Notes: generated by a model from the letters alone, not told the origin. A stretch of DNA of 64,000 nt from an uncultured Nitrospiraceae bacterium (GCA_963811165.1 CAWEQH010000004.1:576001-640000), one strand, 5' to 3'; shown: positions 50,611 through 61,832, numbered from the stretch's first letter. Program-made: numbers and translations.

Positions 50611-50881
50611 GGTCGGTCTTTTCCTCCAGGAACCTCTGGGTAATTGTTTCAGCCTGAAGTGCAGAGAGGATTATATGGTTGCTGTCGGTGACTATTATGG
50701 ACCTGGTGCGCCTGCCCTGCGTGGCGTCGACGAGTTTCCTGTCCTTTTTCGCCTCTTCCCTCATCCTCTTGATGGGAGCCGACCCGGGTGTCACAATCGC
50801 AACGACCTTGGACGATGCAACTACGTTTCCGAATCCGATGTTTACGAGAACGGGACTCGTATCACCTTTTTTCATGTCCAC
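50594..50881 (-). CDS. remA: RemA/DUF370 family protein
   Basis: [30 protein letters not shown]. Confidence 0.9.
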   Translation of the reverse strand: MDMKKGDTSPVLVNIGFGNVVASSKVVAIVTPGSAPIKRMREEAKKDRKLVDATQGRRTRSIIVTDSNHIILSALQAETITQRFLEEKTDLAEEG

Positions 50882-50907
50882 CTCTCCTCTTTTTCCGTTT
50901 CTTGGGG

Positions 50908-51756
50908 TTACTGAATGTTTTGGACCTGTTCCCTCATTTTTTCTATCTCGGTCTTCATCCCGACGGTGAGACTCGAAACTCCGTAATCAGCCGATTTCGA
51001 AGCGATCGTATTCACTTCCCTGTTGAGTTCCTGAAGGATGAAATCGAGTTTCCTCCCTATTATACCACCGCTGGACAGTATTTCCCTGAACTGTGAGAGG
51101 TGGCTGTCTATCCGCGCGATCTCCTCCGCGATGTCGAGTTTTGCGGCAAATATCGCAGCCTCCTGGAGCATACGGCCCTCCTCGACATCTTGTCCCTCAA
51201 GGAGCTGTTTCAGTCTCTCGTTAAACTTTTCCTTCACCTCGACAAGGACCCTGCCGCACGACGCCCTGACCTTCTCGTTCATTTGGGCGAGCCCATCCGC
51301 TATCCGGTGGAGCTCCGCCGCGAGGCTGTCGCCTTCTTTCGACCTCATACCGCTCAGATCATCTAATGCCCGCGTAAAGATGCCCGTAACGACCTCAAGG
51401 TCATATTTCGGCTTTGCTTCGACGAACATCTCGTGGAGTCCTATGAACGTATTGATGTCGATCTCTCCTTTCACCGTAAGTTCCTCTTGCAGGCCCTTAA
51501 AGGCATGGTACATCTTCTTGACCGCGTCCATATTGATATTGACTTCCGCCGAACCGAGCTCGGATATCGTAAGGGTAACATCGAATTTTCCCCTCGCAAA
51601 ACGTTTTTTCATCATATTTCTAAAGGGTATTTCAAGCTGGTTCAAAGAAGACGGACAACGCATGTAGATGTCAAGGAACCTGTGGTTGACCGACCTTATC
51701 TCGACCCTGCAGCCGTCCTTCTCTGCGCTTCCGAATCCCGTCATGCTTTGAATCAT
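50908..51756 (-). CDS. yicC: YicC/YloC family endoribonuclease
   Basis: [40 protein letters not shown]. Confidence 0.95.
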   Translation of the reverse strand: MIQSMTGFGSAEKDGCRVEIRSVNHRFLDIYMRCPSSLNQLEIPFRNMMKKRFARGKFDVTLTISELGSAEVNINMDAVKKMYHAFKGLQEELTVKGEIDINTFIGLHEMFVEAKPKYDLEVVTGIFTRALDDLSGMRSKEGDSLAAELHRIADGLAQMNEKVRASCGRVLVEVKEKFNERLKQLLEGQDVEEGRMLQEAAIFAAKLDIAEEIARIDSHLSQFREILSSGGIIGRKLDFILQELNREVNTIASKSADYGVSSLTVGMKTEIEKMREQVQNIQ

Positions 51757-52014
51757 AATAGAATTAACCCCGTTATGTAATAGATTAACTAAATCATACC
51801 GATTACATTTCGGTATATCAAGCGTTTGTCCGCTGCATGCATTGTCAAGAGATGTCCGCAGCGACGGCGTAAACTATAAGACGGTCTTCCGATTTAGTCA
51901 AGTCAGCGGTGGAGGCATGTTGCCATTAAATCTTTAAATATATCAATAACTTTATTGAAAAATATTTTAAAAATCGATTACTATTGAAGTCCATTTTATT
52001 ATCCGGAGGAGATT

Positions 52015-52590
52015 ATGGCTGAAATGACAGAGATCAGATGGCATGGTCGCGGCGGACAGGGAACAGTTACCGCGGCAAAGGTGCTCGCGGACGCCTGCTT
52101 AAGCGGCGGCAGACATGTACAGGCCTTTCCCGAATACGGACCCGAGAGGGCCGGTGCACCGCTGAGGGCCTATAACCGAATAAGTTCGAAGGAACTCAGG
52201 ATGCATTGTCCGGTCCTGAGCCCGGACGTCGTGAGTGTTGTCGATGCGACCCTTCTTGACAGCATCAATATTGCCGAAGGATCAAAGGAAGACACTGTCT
52301 ATATCATAAATACGACGAAAGACCCGAAAGAGGTAAGGCAAAAACTCGGCGTGGGCCAGAAACAAAAAGTATACACCGTCGATGCGACGAAGATCGCGAT
52401 CGACTGTTTCGGAAGGGCTATGCCCAATTCCCCTATGCTCGGAGCGCTCTGCAAGGTGACGGGCCTGATCACTCTCGAACATCTCCTTGAGGATGTCAGG
52501 AAGAGTTTCGGCAAGAAATTCGCACAGAAGGTCATAGACGGTAACCTCGATGCGACGAAGAGAGGGTACGAGGAGGTAAAAGAAGGATGA
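52015..52590 (+). CDS. porC: Pyruvate/2-oxoacid:ferredoxin oxidoreductase gamma subunit
   Basis: EIRWHGRGGQG.VT, FPEYGPER.GAP. Confidence 0.92.
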   Translation: MAEMTEIRWHGRGGQGTVTAAKVLADACLSGGRHVQAFPEYGPERAGAPLRAYNRISSKELRMHCPVLSPDVVSVVDATLLDSINIAEGSKEDTVYIINTTKDPKEVRQKLGVGQKQKVYTVDATKIAIDCFGRAMPNSPMLGALCKVTGLITLEHLLEDVRKSFGKKFAQKVIDGNLDATKRGYEEVKEG

Positions 52591-52880
52591 AACCAAAGGG
52601 ATGGAAAGATCTGCCCGCGGGCTCAGTGGTGCTCGAGGGGGGTAGCGCGGTCAAATTCAAGACCGGTTCCTGGCGCGCCTTCAGGCCGCTTTGGAAGGAA
52701 GAGAACTGCATACAATGTCTTTTTTGCTGGGTCTATTGTCCTGATATGGCGGTAAAGGTCAAGGACGGCAAGAGGGCCGAATTCGACTATGACTTCTGCA
52801 AGGGCTGCGGCATATGCGAGCTGGAGTGCCCCGGCAAAAAGGGGAAGAAGGCGATAGTAATGGTTGAGGAGGGCAAATAG
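52587..52880 (+). CDS. porD: POR delta subunit (2x[4Fe-4S])
   Basis: TGSWR..RP, CIQC..C...CP, CKGCGIC...CP. Confidence 0.92.
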   Translation: MKPKGWKDLPAGSVVLEGGSAVKFKTGSWRAFRPLWKEENCIQCLFCWVYCPDMAVKVKDGKRAEFDYDFCKGCGICELECPGKKGKKAIVMVEEGK

Positions 52881-54060
52881 ATGGCTAAGGTTGTTGCAGT
52901 TACAGGTAACGAAGCGGTCGCCAATGCGCTTCGTCAGGTAAATCCCGACGTCTGCGGTATTTATCCGATCACACCCCAGACCGACATGATGCAGAGGTAC
53001 GCATCGTTTATATCTAACGGCAAGGTCGACACCGAGGCGATCTTGGTCGAAAGCGAGCACAGTTCCATGTCCGCCTGCATCGGCGCTTCTGCCGCGGGCG
53101 GCAGGGTCGTGACCGCAACGTCTTCACAGGGTCTCGCACTTATGTGGGAGATGCTCCATATCGCCTCCGGAGACAGGCTCCCGATCATCATGCCGGTGGT
53201 AAACCGGGCGCTCTCGGCCCCGCTGAACATTCACGGCGACCACTCAGACGCCATGGGTGCAAGGGACACCGGATGGATACAGCTCTGGTCCGAAAACGGC
53301 CAGGAGGCTTACGACAATACTATCCAGGCGTTCAGGATAGGCGAGCATATGGACATCAGACTGCCGGTGATGGTCTGTATGGACGGGTTCATCATCAGCC
53401 ATTCCATAGAGAGGCTGGAATATCTGGAAGACGCCGAAGTGAAGAAGTTTGTCGGCGAATTCAAGAACCTCCATCCGCTCCTTGATCTCGATAAACCGAA
53501 GAGCTACGGTCCGCTGATCCTTACGGACCTCTATCACGAATACAAGAGGGCGCAGCACGAGGTGATGCTGAAGGCCAAGAACGTTGTCCTGGATGTCGCG
53601 AAGGATTTCGAGAAGATGAGCGGCAGGAAATACGGCCTTTTTGAATCATACAGACTTGAAGACGCCGACATCGCGCTGGTCATCCTGAATTCTGCCGCGG
53701 GCACCTCAAAGGACGTGGTCGATGAGTTCAGGTCAAAGGGGCATCAAGGCCGGGCTTCTTAAGCCGAGGCTCTTCAGGCCTTTCCCTTACGAAGAGGTGG
53801 CCGAGGCGCTTAAAAGCACAAAGGCGGTCTGCGTCATGGACAGGGCCGATTCTTTCGGCGGATACGGTCCGTCTGTTTATGGAGGTCAGTTCGGCGCTTT
53901 ATCAGCTTAAGAAAAAACCGGCGCTGATAAACAAGATCTACGGCCTCGGAGGCAGGGACTATCTGCCGTCCCATGCCGAGCTTGTCTTCAAGAACTCAAC
54001 GGGATCGCGAAAGGCGGAAAGATAAAAATAGTGAAAGAATATATAGCAGTGAGAGAATAA
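52881..54060 (+). CDS. porA: POR alpha subunit, with about three single-base indels in the 3' part
   Basis: YPITPQT, ESEHS, TATSSQGL, GDHSD; C-terminal FRPFP and YGLGGRD lie in shifted frames; TAA at 54058-54060. Confidence 0.88.
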
Positions 54061-54105
54061 AACTGCTGGCTGAAAGGATCGTGGATAGGTAGATCTTTTA
54101 TTTTT

Positions 54106-54184
54106 TGTCATTCCGGACCTGATCCGGAATCCAGGGACTTTAGGACAACGTCACTGGATACCCCGATCAAGTCGGGGTATGACA
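54106..54184. repeat. RPE/REP-like palindromic element between porA and porB
   Basis: TGTCATTCCGGA-cctga-TCCGGAATCCAG ... CTGGATACCCCGA-tcaag-TCGGGGTATGACA. Confidence 0.75.
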
Positions 54185-54240
54185 CCACGCGAAACCCTGA
54201 AGAGCCAAAAAATGATAGACGACTAATAAAGGAGAATATT

Positions 54241-55173
54241 ATGGCGACAGGACTTACGTTAAAAGAGCTTTCGAAGAAAGAAGACCGCTTGACCCATGGT
54301 CACAGGATGTGCGCCGGCTGCGGCGCGCCGACTATCGTAAAGATGGTGCTTCTTGCCACAGAGGGGCCGGTGATTGCCGCAAACGCTACCGGATGTCTTG
54401 AGGTATCCACCTGTATTTCCGAATATACCGCGTGGAAGATACCCTGGATCCATACGGCCTTTGAAAACGCCGCTGCGACTTTGTCAGGCGTCGAGACGAT
54501 GTACAGGTCATTGAAGAAACAGGGGCAAGATAGACAAGGACGTAAAGTTCATCGCCTTCGGAGGCGACGGCGGGACCTACGACATCGGTTTCCAGAGCCT
54601 GTCCGGGGCAATGGAGCGCGGTCATGACATGATGTACGTCTGCTACGATAACGGCGCTTACATGAATACCGGAATCCAGCGTTCGAGCGCGACGCCGCTC
54701 GGCGCCGACACGACCACATGCCCTGCCGGAGACGCCATCCCCGGGAAGCTGCGTGCGAGAAAGAACCTCACGAAGATAATGGCCGCCCATAACATCCCCT
54801 TTGCCGCGCAGGCCTCGCCTTCTCACTGGATGGACCTGATGAAGAAGGTCAGAAGGCCCATTCGTATGAAGGGCCGAAGTTCCTTAACGTCATCTCTCCT
54901 TGCAACAGGGGATGGCGGTCGAAGACCAACGACGCGATCACGCTGAGCAGGCTGGCGGTAAACACCTGTTACTGGCCGCTCTATGAGATCGAAAACGGGG
55001 TGACGAAGGTCACCTTTACCCCGAAGGAGAAGTTGCCGATTGCCGATTTCATGAAGCCCCAGGGCAGGTTCAAGCATCTTTTTGCTCCCGAAAACGAGTG
55101 GCTGCTGAAAAAAGTCCAGGAAGAAGTCGATGCCGAATGGGAAAAATTGCAGAAAGAGGCAAAATGCGGTTGA
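54241..55173 (+). CDS. porB: POR beta subunit (TPP-binding), frameshifted
   Basis: GHRMCAGCG, ATGCLEV, FENAAA; GGDGGTYDIG and YDNGAYMNTG.QRS in the next frame; SPC.RGW in a further frame. Confidence 0.88.
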
Positions 55174-55208
55174 TTAAGCGATACGACTTGTGATATTTTG
55201 TAAGGACC

Positions 55209-55705
55209 ATGAGCGGCTCTGATCTTGTAATGTATGAAGAGGAGTTCCGTAGGATCGACGAGGAACTCCAGAGGCTTTACCTGCAGACAAACGCAAAGGT
55301 CGTCTTTCTTGTGGACAAAAACGGCCAGCTGATCGCGTCTGCCGGGGAAACGCACGATATCGATACCACCTCACTGGCCTCTCTCACTGCGGGAAACATC
55401 GCGGCCACGGGCGGGATAGCCCGGCTTCTGGGCGAAAAAGAGTTCACGATCCTTTTCCACGAAGGCGAAAAGGACAATATCCATATTTCGCTTATCGGCC
55501 AGAGGATGATTCTGGTAGTCATCTTCGACAGCCGCTCCTCGTCTAGGGCTGGTTCGACTTAGGGTAAAGAAGGTATCAGAGGCCCTCGTAACGATATTCA
55601 CCGATATTACCGACAAATCCGAACGCGATAAGGGCTCGAGGCAAGATGGAGGATTCGCCTTTTGCAGAAATCAGCGATGAAGACATCGATAATCTATTCA
55701 GGTAG
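55209..55705 (+). CDS. mglB: MglB roadblock GTPase-activating protein, frameshifted near the 3' end
   Basis: LVDKNGQLIA, SLASLTAGNIAATGG.A, FHEGEKDNIH; C-terminal SPFAEISDEDIDNLFR* recovered after indels. Confidence 0.9.
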
Positions 55706-55717
55706 GGACCTTACTCA

Positions 55718-56305
55718 GTGTCTTTCATAAATTATTCCTCCCGTGAAATCAATTGCAAGATTGTCTATTACGGTCCCGGACTATGCGGAAAGACGACCAA
55801 TTTGCAATACGTCTACAAGAAAACAAACCCGGACCAGAAGGGCAAGCTGATCTCGTTGGCGACCGAGACCGAAAGAACGCTATTTTTCGACTTTCTGCCG
55901 CTTGCGCTTGGCGATATCAAGGGGTTCAAGGTGCGGTTTCATCTGTATACGGTCCCCGGGCAGGTTTTTTATGCTGCCAGCAGGAAGCTCATACTGAAAG
56001 GCGTCGACGGGGTCGTATTCGTTGCAGACAGCCAGATCGAGAGGATGGAGGCCAACATGGAGAGTCTTGACGACCTGAAGATCAACCTCGCCGAGCAGGG
56101 GTATGATCTCGACAAACTTCCCTATACTGTCCAGTACAACAAGAGAGACCTCCCCAACGTCGCTCCCATCGAGAATATGAACAGGCTCCTTAATCCGAAA
56201 AACGTTCCTTTTTTCGAAGCCGTTGCGGTAACCGGGCCGGGTGTCTTCGAGACGCTGAAGAATGTTGCGAAACAGGTCCTTGTCGAGCTTAAAAAGCATT
56301 ACTAG
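55718..56305 (+). CDS. mglA: MglA small Ras-like GTPase
   Basis: [45 protein letters not shown]. Confidence 0.97.
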   Translation: MSFINYSSREINCKIVYYGPGLCGKTTNLQYVYKKTNPDQKGKLISLATETERTLFFDFLPLALGDIKGFKVRFHLYTVPGQVFYAASRKLILKGVDGVVFVADSQIERMEANMESLDDLKINLAEQGYDLDKLPYTVQYNKRDLPNVAPIENMNRLLNPKNVPFFEAVAVTGPGVFETLKNVAKQVLVELKKHY

Positions 56306-56993
56306 CAGATCCGCCGACCAGCTGGTCCTGCCGTTCAGTCTTTCCGAAGAGTACCTGAGAGATCGCCTCCAAAAAGCCATAGGCAGAAAGGTTTCCCTCG
56401 TGGTCACAGACAATTCGACCTCCATGATTTCAGCGAGGAAAAAGGGCGACGTGTTACATGTCAGGCTACACCGCATGTTCCTGCAGTCGGATGCCTTATT
56501 GCTTGACGAGATATCCGCGTTTATCCGGGGAAAAAAGTCGAAGACCCCGCTCATAAGGAACTTCATCAAACAGAACAGTGGCTTTGTAAAAAAGGGCAAA
56601 CAGAAGAAGTCTTCCCTCAAACAATTAGGTAAATATCACGACCTGCGGATACTGGCGGCGTCCGTAAATGAAGAATATTTCGGCGGTCGGATAACCGCTC
56701 CGGTTACATGGGGAACAGGACGCCTTGGCCGTGCCGTCAGACGGAGGACGCTCGGGAGCTACAGCGGCCACTCAAACACCGTCAGGATAAACCCGATACT
56801 TGACAAGAAAAGGGTGCCTTCCTATTTCATCGAATTTATCATCTACCACGAGATGCTCCATGCCGATATGGGTGTCGAAGGCGGCAAAGGGAGGAGAACG
56901 GTTCATTCGCGGGAGTTTCGGAGGCGCGAGAGACTGTTCAAAGAATATGCCGCGGCGCTGGACTGGGAAAAAAGCACGAATTTTCTGTTTTAA
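56262..56993 (+). CDS. SprT-like zinc metalloprotease domain protein
   Basis: N..YF.G, LGSY, I.I.P.LD, YHEMLH, H...FR..E; start uncertain (overlaps mglA). Confidence 0.8.
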   Translation: MLRNRSLSSLKSITSRSADQLVLPFSLSEEYLRDRLQKAIGRKVSLVVTDNSTSMISARKKGDVLHVRLHRMFLQSDALLLDEISAFIRGKKSKTPLIRNFIKQNSGFVKKGKQKKSSLKQLGKYHDLRILAASVNEEYFGGRITAPVTWGTGRLGRAVRRRTLGSYSGHSNTVRINPILDKKRVPSYFIEFIIYHEMLHADMGVEGGKGRRTVHSREFRRRERLFKEYAAALDWEKSTNFLF

Positions 56994-57136
56994 GGTGCCT
57001 TTCCGTTCCTTTATCAGGTTCCCCCGTTTCCTCAAATCGTATTTTCTTTTATGAAAACACCAATAAATCCATATTTGGCAAGATGCTACTGGATTTTTGG
57101 CTTTCAAATGTAGCCATATAAATTAGCATTTTATAC

Positions 57137-57165
57137 TTGACATAGCTATTGTTATACTCTATAAT
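57137..57165 (+). promoter_or_regulatory. Perfect sigma70 consensus promoter inside the IS left end
   Basis: TTGACA (57137-57142), 17-nt spacer, TATAAT (57160-57165); ATG at 57173. Confidence 0.8.
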
Positions 57166-57172
57166 AGTAGCC

Positions 57173-58804
57173 ATGCCATTAAAGAAGAAGCCACGTCCCC
57201 ACCTCGAAATACAAACCTCCGGCAACAAGTGTTACGGGGTCATCCGCACCACATTCCGTGAGAAGGGCGAAATCAGACACACAACTCATGGGACCATCAA
57301 GGATATGAGCCTTGAACAATTAAAGCTCATACAGGCCGCCTTCAGAGGCGATGTGCTGGTAAGGGGTTCAGCCGACGCTCAAAAAGTTACAGAATCGAAG
57401 GAGTACGGCGCTTCCTATGCGGCATTGCAGTTGGCGAAGGAATTAGAGTTGGACAAAATGATCTATTCGAGATATTCCGAGCAGTGGGTTAAAGACTGTC
57501 TCGCCATGATAGTCGGCCGTCTGGTATATAGCGGCAGCAAGCTGGCGTTATCGCACAGATGGGAGGACACGGCACTATGGGAACTCTGCGGGATAGAAGG
57601 GGCGGTTGACGTAGATAAACAGTGCTATGGGCCTATGGATCGTCTTTTACAGAGGCAGGATGCGATCCAAATGACATTGGCGAAAAAGCATCTCCGAAAC
57701 GGGGCGCTTGTACTTTACGATATAACCAGCAGCTATTTTGAAGGCGAGTATGAAGACAGTGAGATCGTTAAATTCGGATATAACCGTGACGGTAAGCGGG
57801 GGCATGAACAGATGGTGATAGGGCTGCTTTGCAGTCCTGATGGCTGCCCTGTGGGTGTGGAAGTTTTCCCTGGAAATACGCAGGATGCCCAAACGGTCCT
57901 CGATAAGATAGCTGAGGTGCAGAAAAGATACGGGATACAGGAGATAATTTTTGTTGGGGATCGCGGAATGGTCACTCATGCCAATTACGAGAAGGTCAAA
58001 GATGTGAAAGGGCTCAATACAGTATCGGCATTAACTCACCGTCAGATAAACGAGCTTTTGCAACGCAAGGTGATCCAGGTGGACATGTTTGATGAAAAGG
58101 AGATTGTTGAAGTAGTGGATCCCCAAGACCCGGCACGGCGATACTGTTTATGCCGTAATCCAAAAACCGCAACGAGGGAAGCAACTACACGCAAAGGCTT
58201 GCTTGAGGTCACCAGAAAAGCATTAGACAGGATAGCCCAATCAAAACGGAAGTCGACAACCGAGAAGATAGCGGCAAGAGTAGGAAAGATTTTTGGAAAG
58301 ACAAAGACAGAGAAATTCGTAGAGTGGGCAGTACAGGATGGGCATCTCACCTGGAAATTCAAAACAGATAAGATCGAGGCTGAGGAATTGATTGACGGCT
58401 GTTATATAATTGCCTCCGATGTTCCTGCCGGGCTGATGGCAAAACAGGAAATAGTTGCGGCATATAAAAAGCTCGCGCTTGTAGAACAGGCTTTTCGTAA
58501 CCTAAAAAGCGTACAACTTGAAGTGCGGCCCGTTTATCACAAAACAGATGAGCGAATCCGCTGTCATGTGTTTATTTGCATACTTGCCTATTACTTGCAG
58601 TGGCATATGAACCAGAGGCTGAAACCTCTGTTTCAGTCTGACGGCAAGAATAAAAACCGTAAGTGGACATTTGAGTATGTGATTGAGAGATTAAAGAGCA
58701 TAAGAAGACAGACACTTCAAATGCAGGGGGCTTCGTGCAGAATAGTTTGCACTCCCGATAACAATCAGCAAAAGATTCTCGATCTGCTTAAGGTAAAATT
58801 GTAG
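57173..58804 (+). CDS. IS1634-family DDE transposase
   Basis: LYDITSSYFEG, FGYNRDGK, VF.GNT.D, FVGDRGM, YK.L..VE.AFR.LK, RP.YH, HVF.C.LAY. Confidence 0.93.
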   Translation: MPLKKKPRPHLEIQTSGNKCYGVIRTTFREKGEIRHTTHGTIKDMSLEQLKLIQAAFRGDVLVRGSADAQKVTESKEYGASYAALQLAKELELDKMIYSRYSEQWVKDCLAMIVGRLVYSGSKLALSHRWEDTALWELCGIEGAVDVDKQCYGPMDRLLQRQDAIQMTLAKKHLRNGALVLYDITSSYFEGEYEDSEIVKFGYNRDGKRGHEQMVIGLLCSPDGCPVGVEVFPGNTQDAQTVLDKIAEVQKRYGIQEIIFVGDRGMVTHANYEKVKDVKGLNTVSALTHRQINELLQRKVIQVDMFDEKEIVEVVDPQDPARRYCLCRNPKTATREATTRKGLLEVTRKALDRIAQSKRKSTTEKIAARVGKIFGKTKTEKFVEWAVQDGHLTWKFKTDKIEAEELIDGCYIIASDVPAGLMAKQEIVAAYKKLALVEQAFRNLKSVQLEVRPVYHKTDERIRCHVFICILAYYLQWHMNQRLKPLFQSDGKNKNRKWTFEYVIERLKSIRRQTLQMQGASCRIVCTPDNNQQKILDLLKVKL

Positions 58805-59018
58805 CCATTTTCTTGAAATCGGAAATCGCCCACGAATCATTGCAGCATATGGAGTTCCTCGCAGTTTTAAAAAAGAAGATACGTCAAATCTTAAGGTTTT
58901 AGCCTTTTGTTCCGATATGTTCATTAGTGAGTGTTGTCGGGATTGCGATCGGCGGTTTTTCTGATGGGCACGATAACATCTAACTATGGTGTAATAACGT
59001 CGGGAGGAAAGGATCGGT

Positions 59019-60314
59019 ATGGCCGCGAAACAGGAAGGCCTTAACAGAGGCGGAAACGTCAATTCGGAAATCTTATTCGATGTCCACGACAAGACAGTAG
59101 TCGAGGGCCTGCTGAAGCTTTTCAAGCAGATAGAATTCATAAAAAACGAGCTTGAGAATACGATTGACTGCGTAGGGGACATGATCGTCCTAATCGACGG
59201 CAAGGGGCTGGTCAGGCGATGCAACAGGACATTCAAGGATTTCACGGACAGGCCGTATGACGCCATCATCGGCAATGACTGGGAGGAGCTTTTCTTCGGG
59301 GAAAAAAGGGGCATCGATCTGTCGACCGGACAGAGAAATGAGGTATTTCATCCCGGTAACGGCAGGTGGTTTCTGGTGACGTCCTACCCCTTCGACGGAG
59401 GAAAGAACTACGGGCCTGCGGGCAGGGCCGTGACGATTTACGATTCGACGGAACTCAAGAAGATCACGGGGGAACTCGAAAGAAAAAACCGCGAACTCGA
59501 GAAGGGATATCTGGACCTGAAGTCGGCGCATTCCCAGATCATCCAGCAGGAAAAGATGGCTTCTATAGGTCAACTCGCTGCGGGAGTTGCCCACGAGATC
59601 AACAACCCCATAGGGTTCATTTTGAGCAATCTGGGGACCCTCGACAAATATCTCTCGAGGCTTATCGAATTTATCGATTTCCAGGCCGGGGTGATAGGGG
59701 CCTTTGAAGCGGCCGACCTTAGAGGTCTGGACGAAAAGAGAAGGCAATTAAAACTCGATCTCATCATCCCTGACACCAGGGCGCTTATCAGGGAATCGGC
59801 AGAAGGCGCCCAGCGGGTAAAGAACATCGTCCGCGACCTAAAGAGTTTTTCCCGGGTGGACGATGAAGGGATTTCCCGGGCGGACATCAACGCGGGCCTC
59901 GAAAGCACGATCAATATTGTATGGAACGAGATCAAATACAAGGCAACCCTGAAGAAGCAATACGGTGAAATCCCTCTGACGAAGTGCAACCTTGGACAAC
60001 TCAACCAGGTGTTCCTCAATGTCCTGGTGAATGCAGCCCATTCCATAGAAAAACAGGGCGAGATATCCGTAAAGACCTGGCAGGAAAACGGGTCTATCTG
60101 TGTCGCGATATCTGATACCGGCTGCGGAATCCACAACGATAATCTCGGCAGGATTTTCGAGCCCTTCTTTACCACGAAAGAGGCGGGCAAGGGGACCGGT
60201 CTCGGACTGAGCATAGCGTACGACATCGTAAAGAAACATAACGGCGAGATATCGGTGGCGAGCGAAATAGGGAAGGGAACGACATTCAGCGTGAGAATAC
60301 CGGTGGTGGAGTGA
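59019..60314 (+). CDS. Cytoplasmic PAS sensor histidine kinase
   Basis: PAS, EKMASIGQLAAGVAHEINNP, NQVFLN, FFTTK..GKGTGLGL. Confidence 0.93.
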   Translation: MAAKQEGLNRGGNVNSEILFDVHDKTVVEGLLKLFKQIEFIKNELENTIDCVGDMIVLIDGKGLVRRCNRTFKDFTDRPYDAIIGNDWEELFFGEKRGIDLSTGQRNEVFHPGNGRWFLVTSYPFDGGKNYGPAGRAVTIYDSTELKKITGELERKNRELEKGYLDLKSAHSQIIQQEKMASIGQLAAGVAHEINNPIGFILSNLGTLDKYLSRLIEFIDFQAGVIGAFEAADLRGLDEKRRQLKLDLIIPDTRALIRESAEGAQRVKNIVRDLKSFSRVDDEGISRADINAGLESTINIVWNEIKYKATLKKQYGEIPLTKCNLGQLNQVFLNVLVNAAHSIEKQGEISVKTWQENGSICVAISDTGCGIHNDNLGRIFEPFFTTKEAGKGTGLGLSIAYDIVKKHNGEISVASEIGKGTTFSVRIPVVE

Positions 60315-60319
60315 GAGGG

Positions 60320-61138
60320 ATGGAAGCAAAGGTGAGGATCCTCTGCGTTGACGACGAGGTCAATGTCCTTAACTCGATAAGGCGGCTCTTCATCGACGAA
60401 GATTACGAGATACTGAGCGCAACGTCGGGTGAAGACGGTCTTGCCATTCTGATGGAAGTGTCGCCTGTCCAACTGGTGATAGCGGACTACCGGATGCCCG
60501 GGATGAACGGGGTCGATTTCCTGAAAGAGGTGTGCGCCTTCTGGCCCGAAACAGTGAGGATCATACTTTCCGGATACGCCGATACGGCCTCGATCGTCTC
60601 CGCAATAAACGAGGGAAAGATATACAAATTCATACCGAAGCCCTGGAATGACGATGAACTGAAAATGACCGTCGCGGGCGCACTCGGACAAGGTTCCCTT
60701 CATAAGAGGAACTCGGAGCTTGCCGAGGAACTCAGATGTTTAACCGATAAGCTCAAGGCGTTGAGTGAGAGTTTCGAGAGACGTGTGGCAGAAAAGATCT
60801 CAGGCCTGACGGTCTGGAACACCGGGCTCACCTGCGCCCGAAACATACTCGATTCCCTTCCTGTTGCGGTCATCGGCATAGATGCGGATGGCCTGATCGT
60901 CCTTTGTAACAAAAAAGCGAGTGAATTGTTTCCGGGGGACGGAGGGATTGTCCCGGGGATGCCGCATGGTACCGCGTTGCCGGCATCAGTCAACAATCTT
61001 ATAGACAAGGCCGACAGGGACGGGGATCTCCCGCGGGCCATCACACTCGACGGAGGGAAAGTCCGTATCAAAAGTACCAGCGTCACCTTTCCCGACGAAA
61101 GAGAAGGGCTCGTCCTGGTCTTTGACCGGGACGATTGA
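60320..61138 (+). CDS. Response regulator (REC + coiled coil + PAS-like)
   Basis: ILCVDDE, ADYRMPGMNG, KPW; C-terminal PAS-like segment. Confidence 0.88.
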   Translation: MEAKVRILCVDDEVNVLNSIRRLFIDEDYEILSATSGEDGLAILMEVSPVQLVIADYRMPGMNGVDFLKEVCAFWPETVRIILSGYADTASIVSAINEGKIYKFIPKPWNDDELKMTVAGALGQGSLHKRNSELAEELRCLTDKLKALSESFERRVAEKISGLTVWNTGLTCARNILDSLPVAVIGIDADGLIVLCNKKASELFPGDGGIVPGMPHGTALPASVNNLIDKADRDGDLPRAITLDGGKVRIKSTSVTFPDEREGLVLVFDRDD

Positions 61139-61150
61139 AGGCCGAAAACA

Positions 61151-61819
61151 ATGATCGAGTTCGACGAATTGGAAAAGAGGATGGTCCTGAAGCTGGTCTA
61201 TTACGGGCCTGCGCTTTCGGGAAAGACCACCAATCTCCTAAGACTTCACGACATGCTTGAGAGAAAGGGAAGGGGAGACCTGATGGTGCTCGACACCAAG
61301 GACGACAGGACAATTTTCTTCGATCTCCTCCCCTTTTTTTTCACGGCTCCCAGCGGGCTGAAGATCAAGGTGAAACTCTATACGGTGCCGGGACAGGTGA
61401 GGCACGACGCTACCAGGAAGGCCGTGCTTCAGAGGGCGGACGGGGTTGCCTTCATCGCGGACTCCCGGGCGGTGGAGAGGGAGAACAACTCTGAAAGTTT
61501 TCGCAATCTCGAAAGCAATCTCCTCATTGTGGGACTCGACATAGAAAAGATCCCGCTGGTCATACAGTTCAACAAGAGGGACATCCGGGATATCATTCCC
61601 GAAGAGGAGATCCGGCGGGTCTGGGGACCCTCAGGGATCCCCGTGGTCATGGCTTCTGCGCTGGAAGGGTGGGGTGTGATCGAAACGTTGGGCAGACTGG
61701 CTGAATTGACCTATCATGCAATCGACGGAAGATTCGGACTGGCGAAGGACCACGGCCTCGGGAAAGATGAATTCGTAGGGAGGCTCACGAACAAGGCAGA
61801 AGAAAAGGATTATGCGTGA
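61151..61819 (+). CDS. Second MglA-family small GTPase (no adjacent MglB)
   Basis: KLVYYGPALSGKTTN, DRTIFFD, YTVPGQ, NKRD. Confidence 0.88.
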   Translation: MIEFDELEKRMVLKLVYYGPALSGKTTNLLRLHDMLERKGRGDLMVLDTKDDRTIFFDLLPFFFTAPSGLKIKVKLYTVPGQVRHDATRKAVLQRADGVAFIADSRAVERENNSESFRNLESNLLIVGLDIEKIPLVIQFNKRDIRDIIPEEEIRRVWGPSGIPVVMASALEGWGVIETLGRLAELTYHAIDGRFGLAKDHGLGKDEFVGRLTNKAEEKDYA

Positions 61820-61832
61820 GGACTGAGGACGG

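Larger units (their letters stand above)
57038..58883 (+). mobile_element. IS1634-family insertion sequence (1846 bp)
   Basis: Imperfect IRs CGTATTTTCTTTT / CGTATCTTCTTTT; 6-bp duplication TCAAAT (57032-57037, 58884-58889). Confidence 0.9.

Noticed and set aside
51940..51990. AT-rich imperfect palindrome upstream of porC as a Rex/Fnr box
   Set aside because: The match to either consensus is too weak in an AT-rich background
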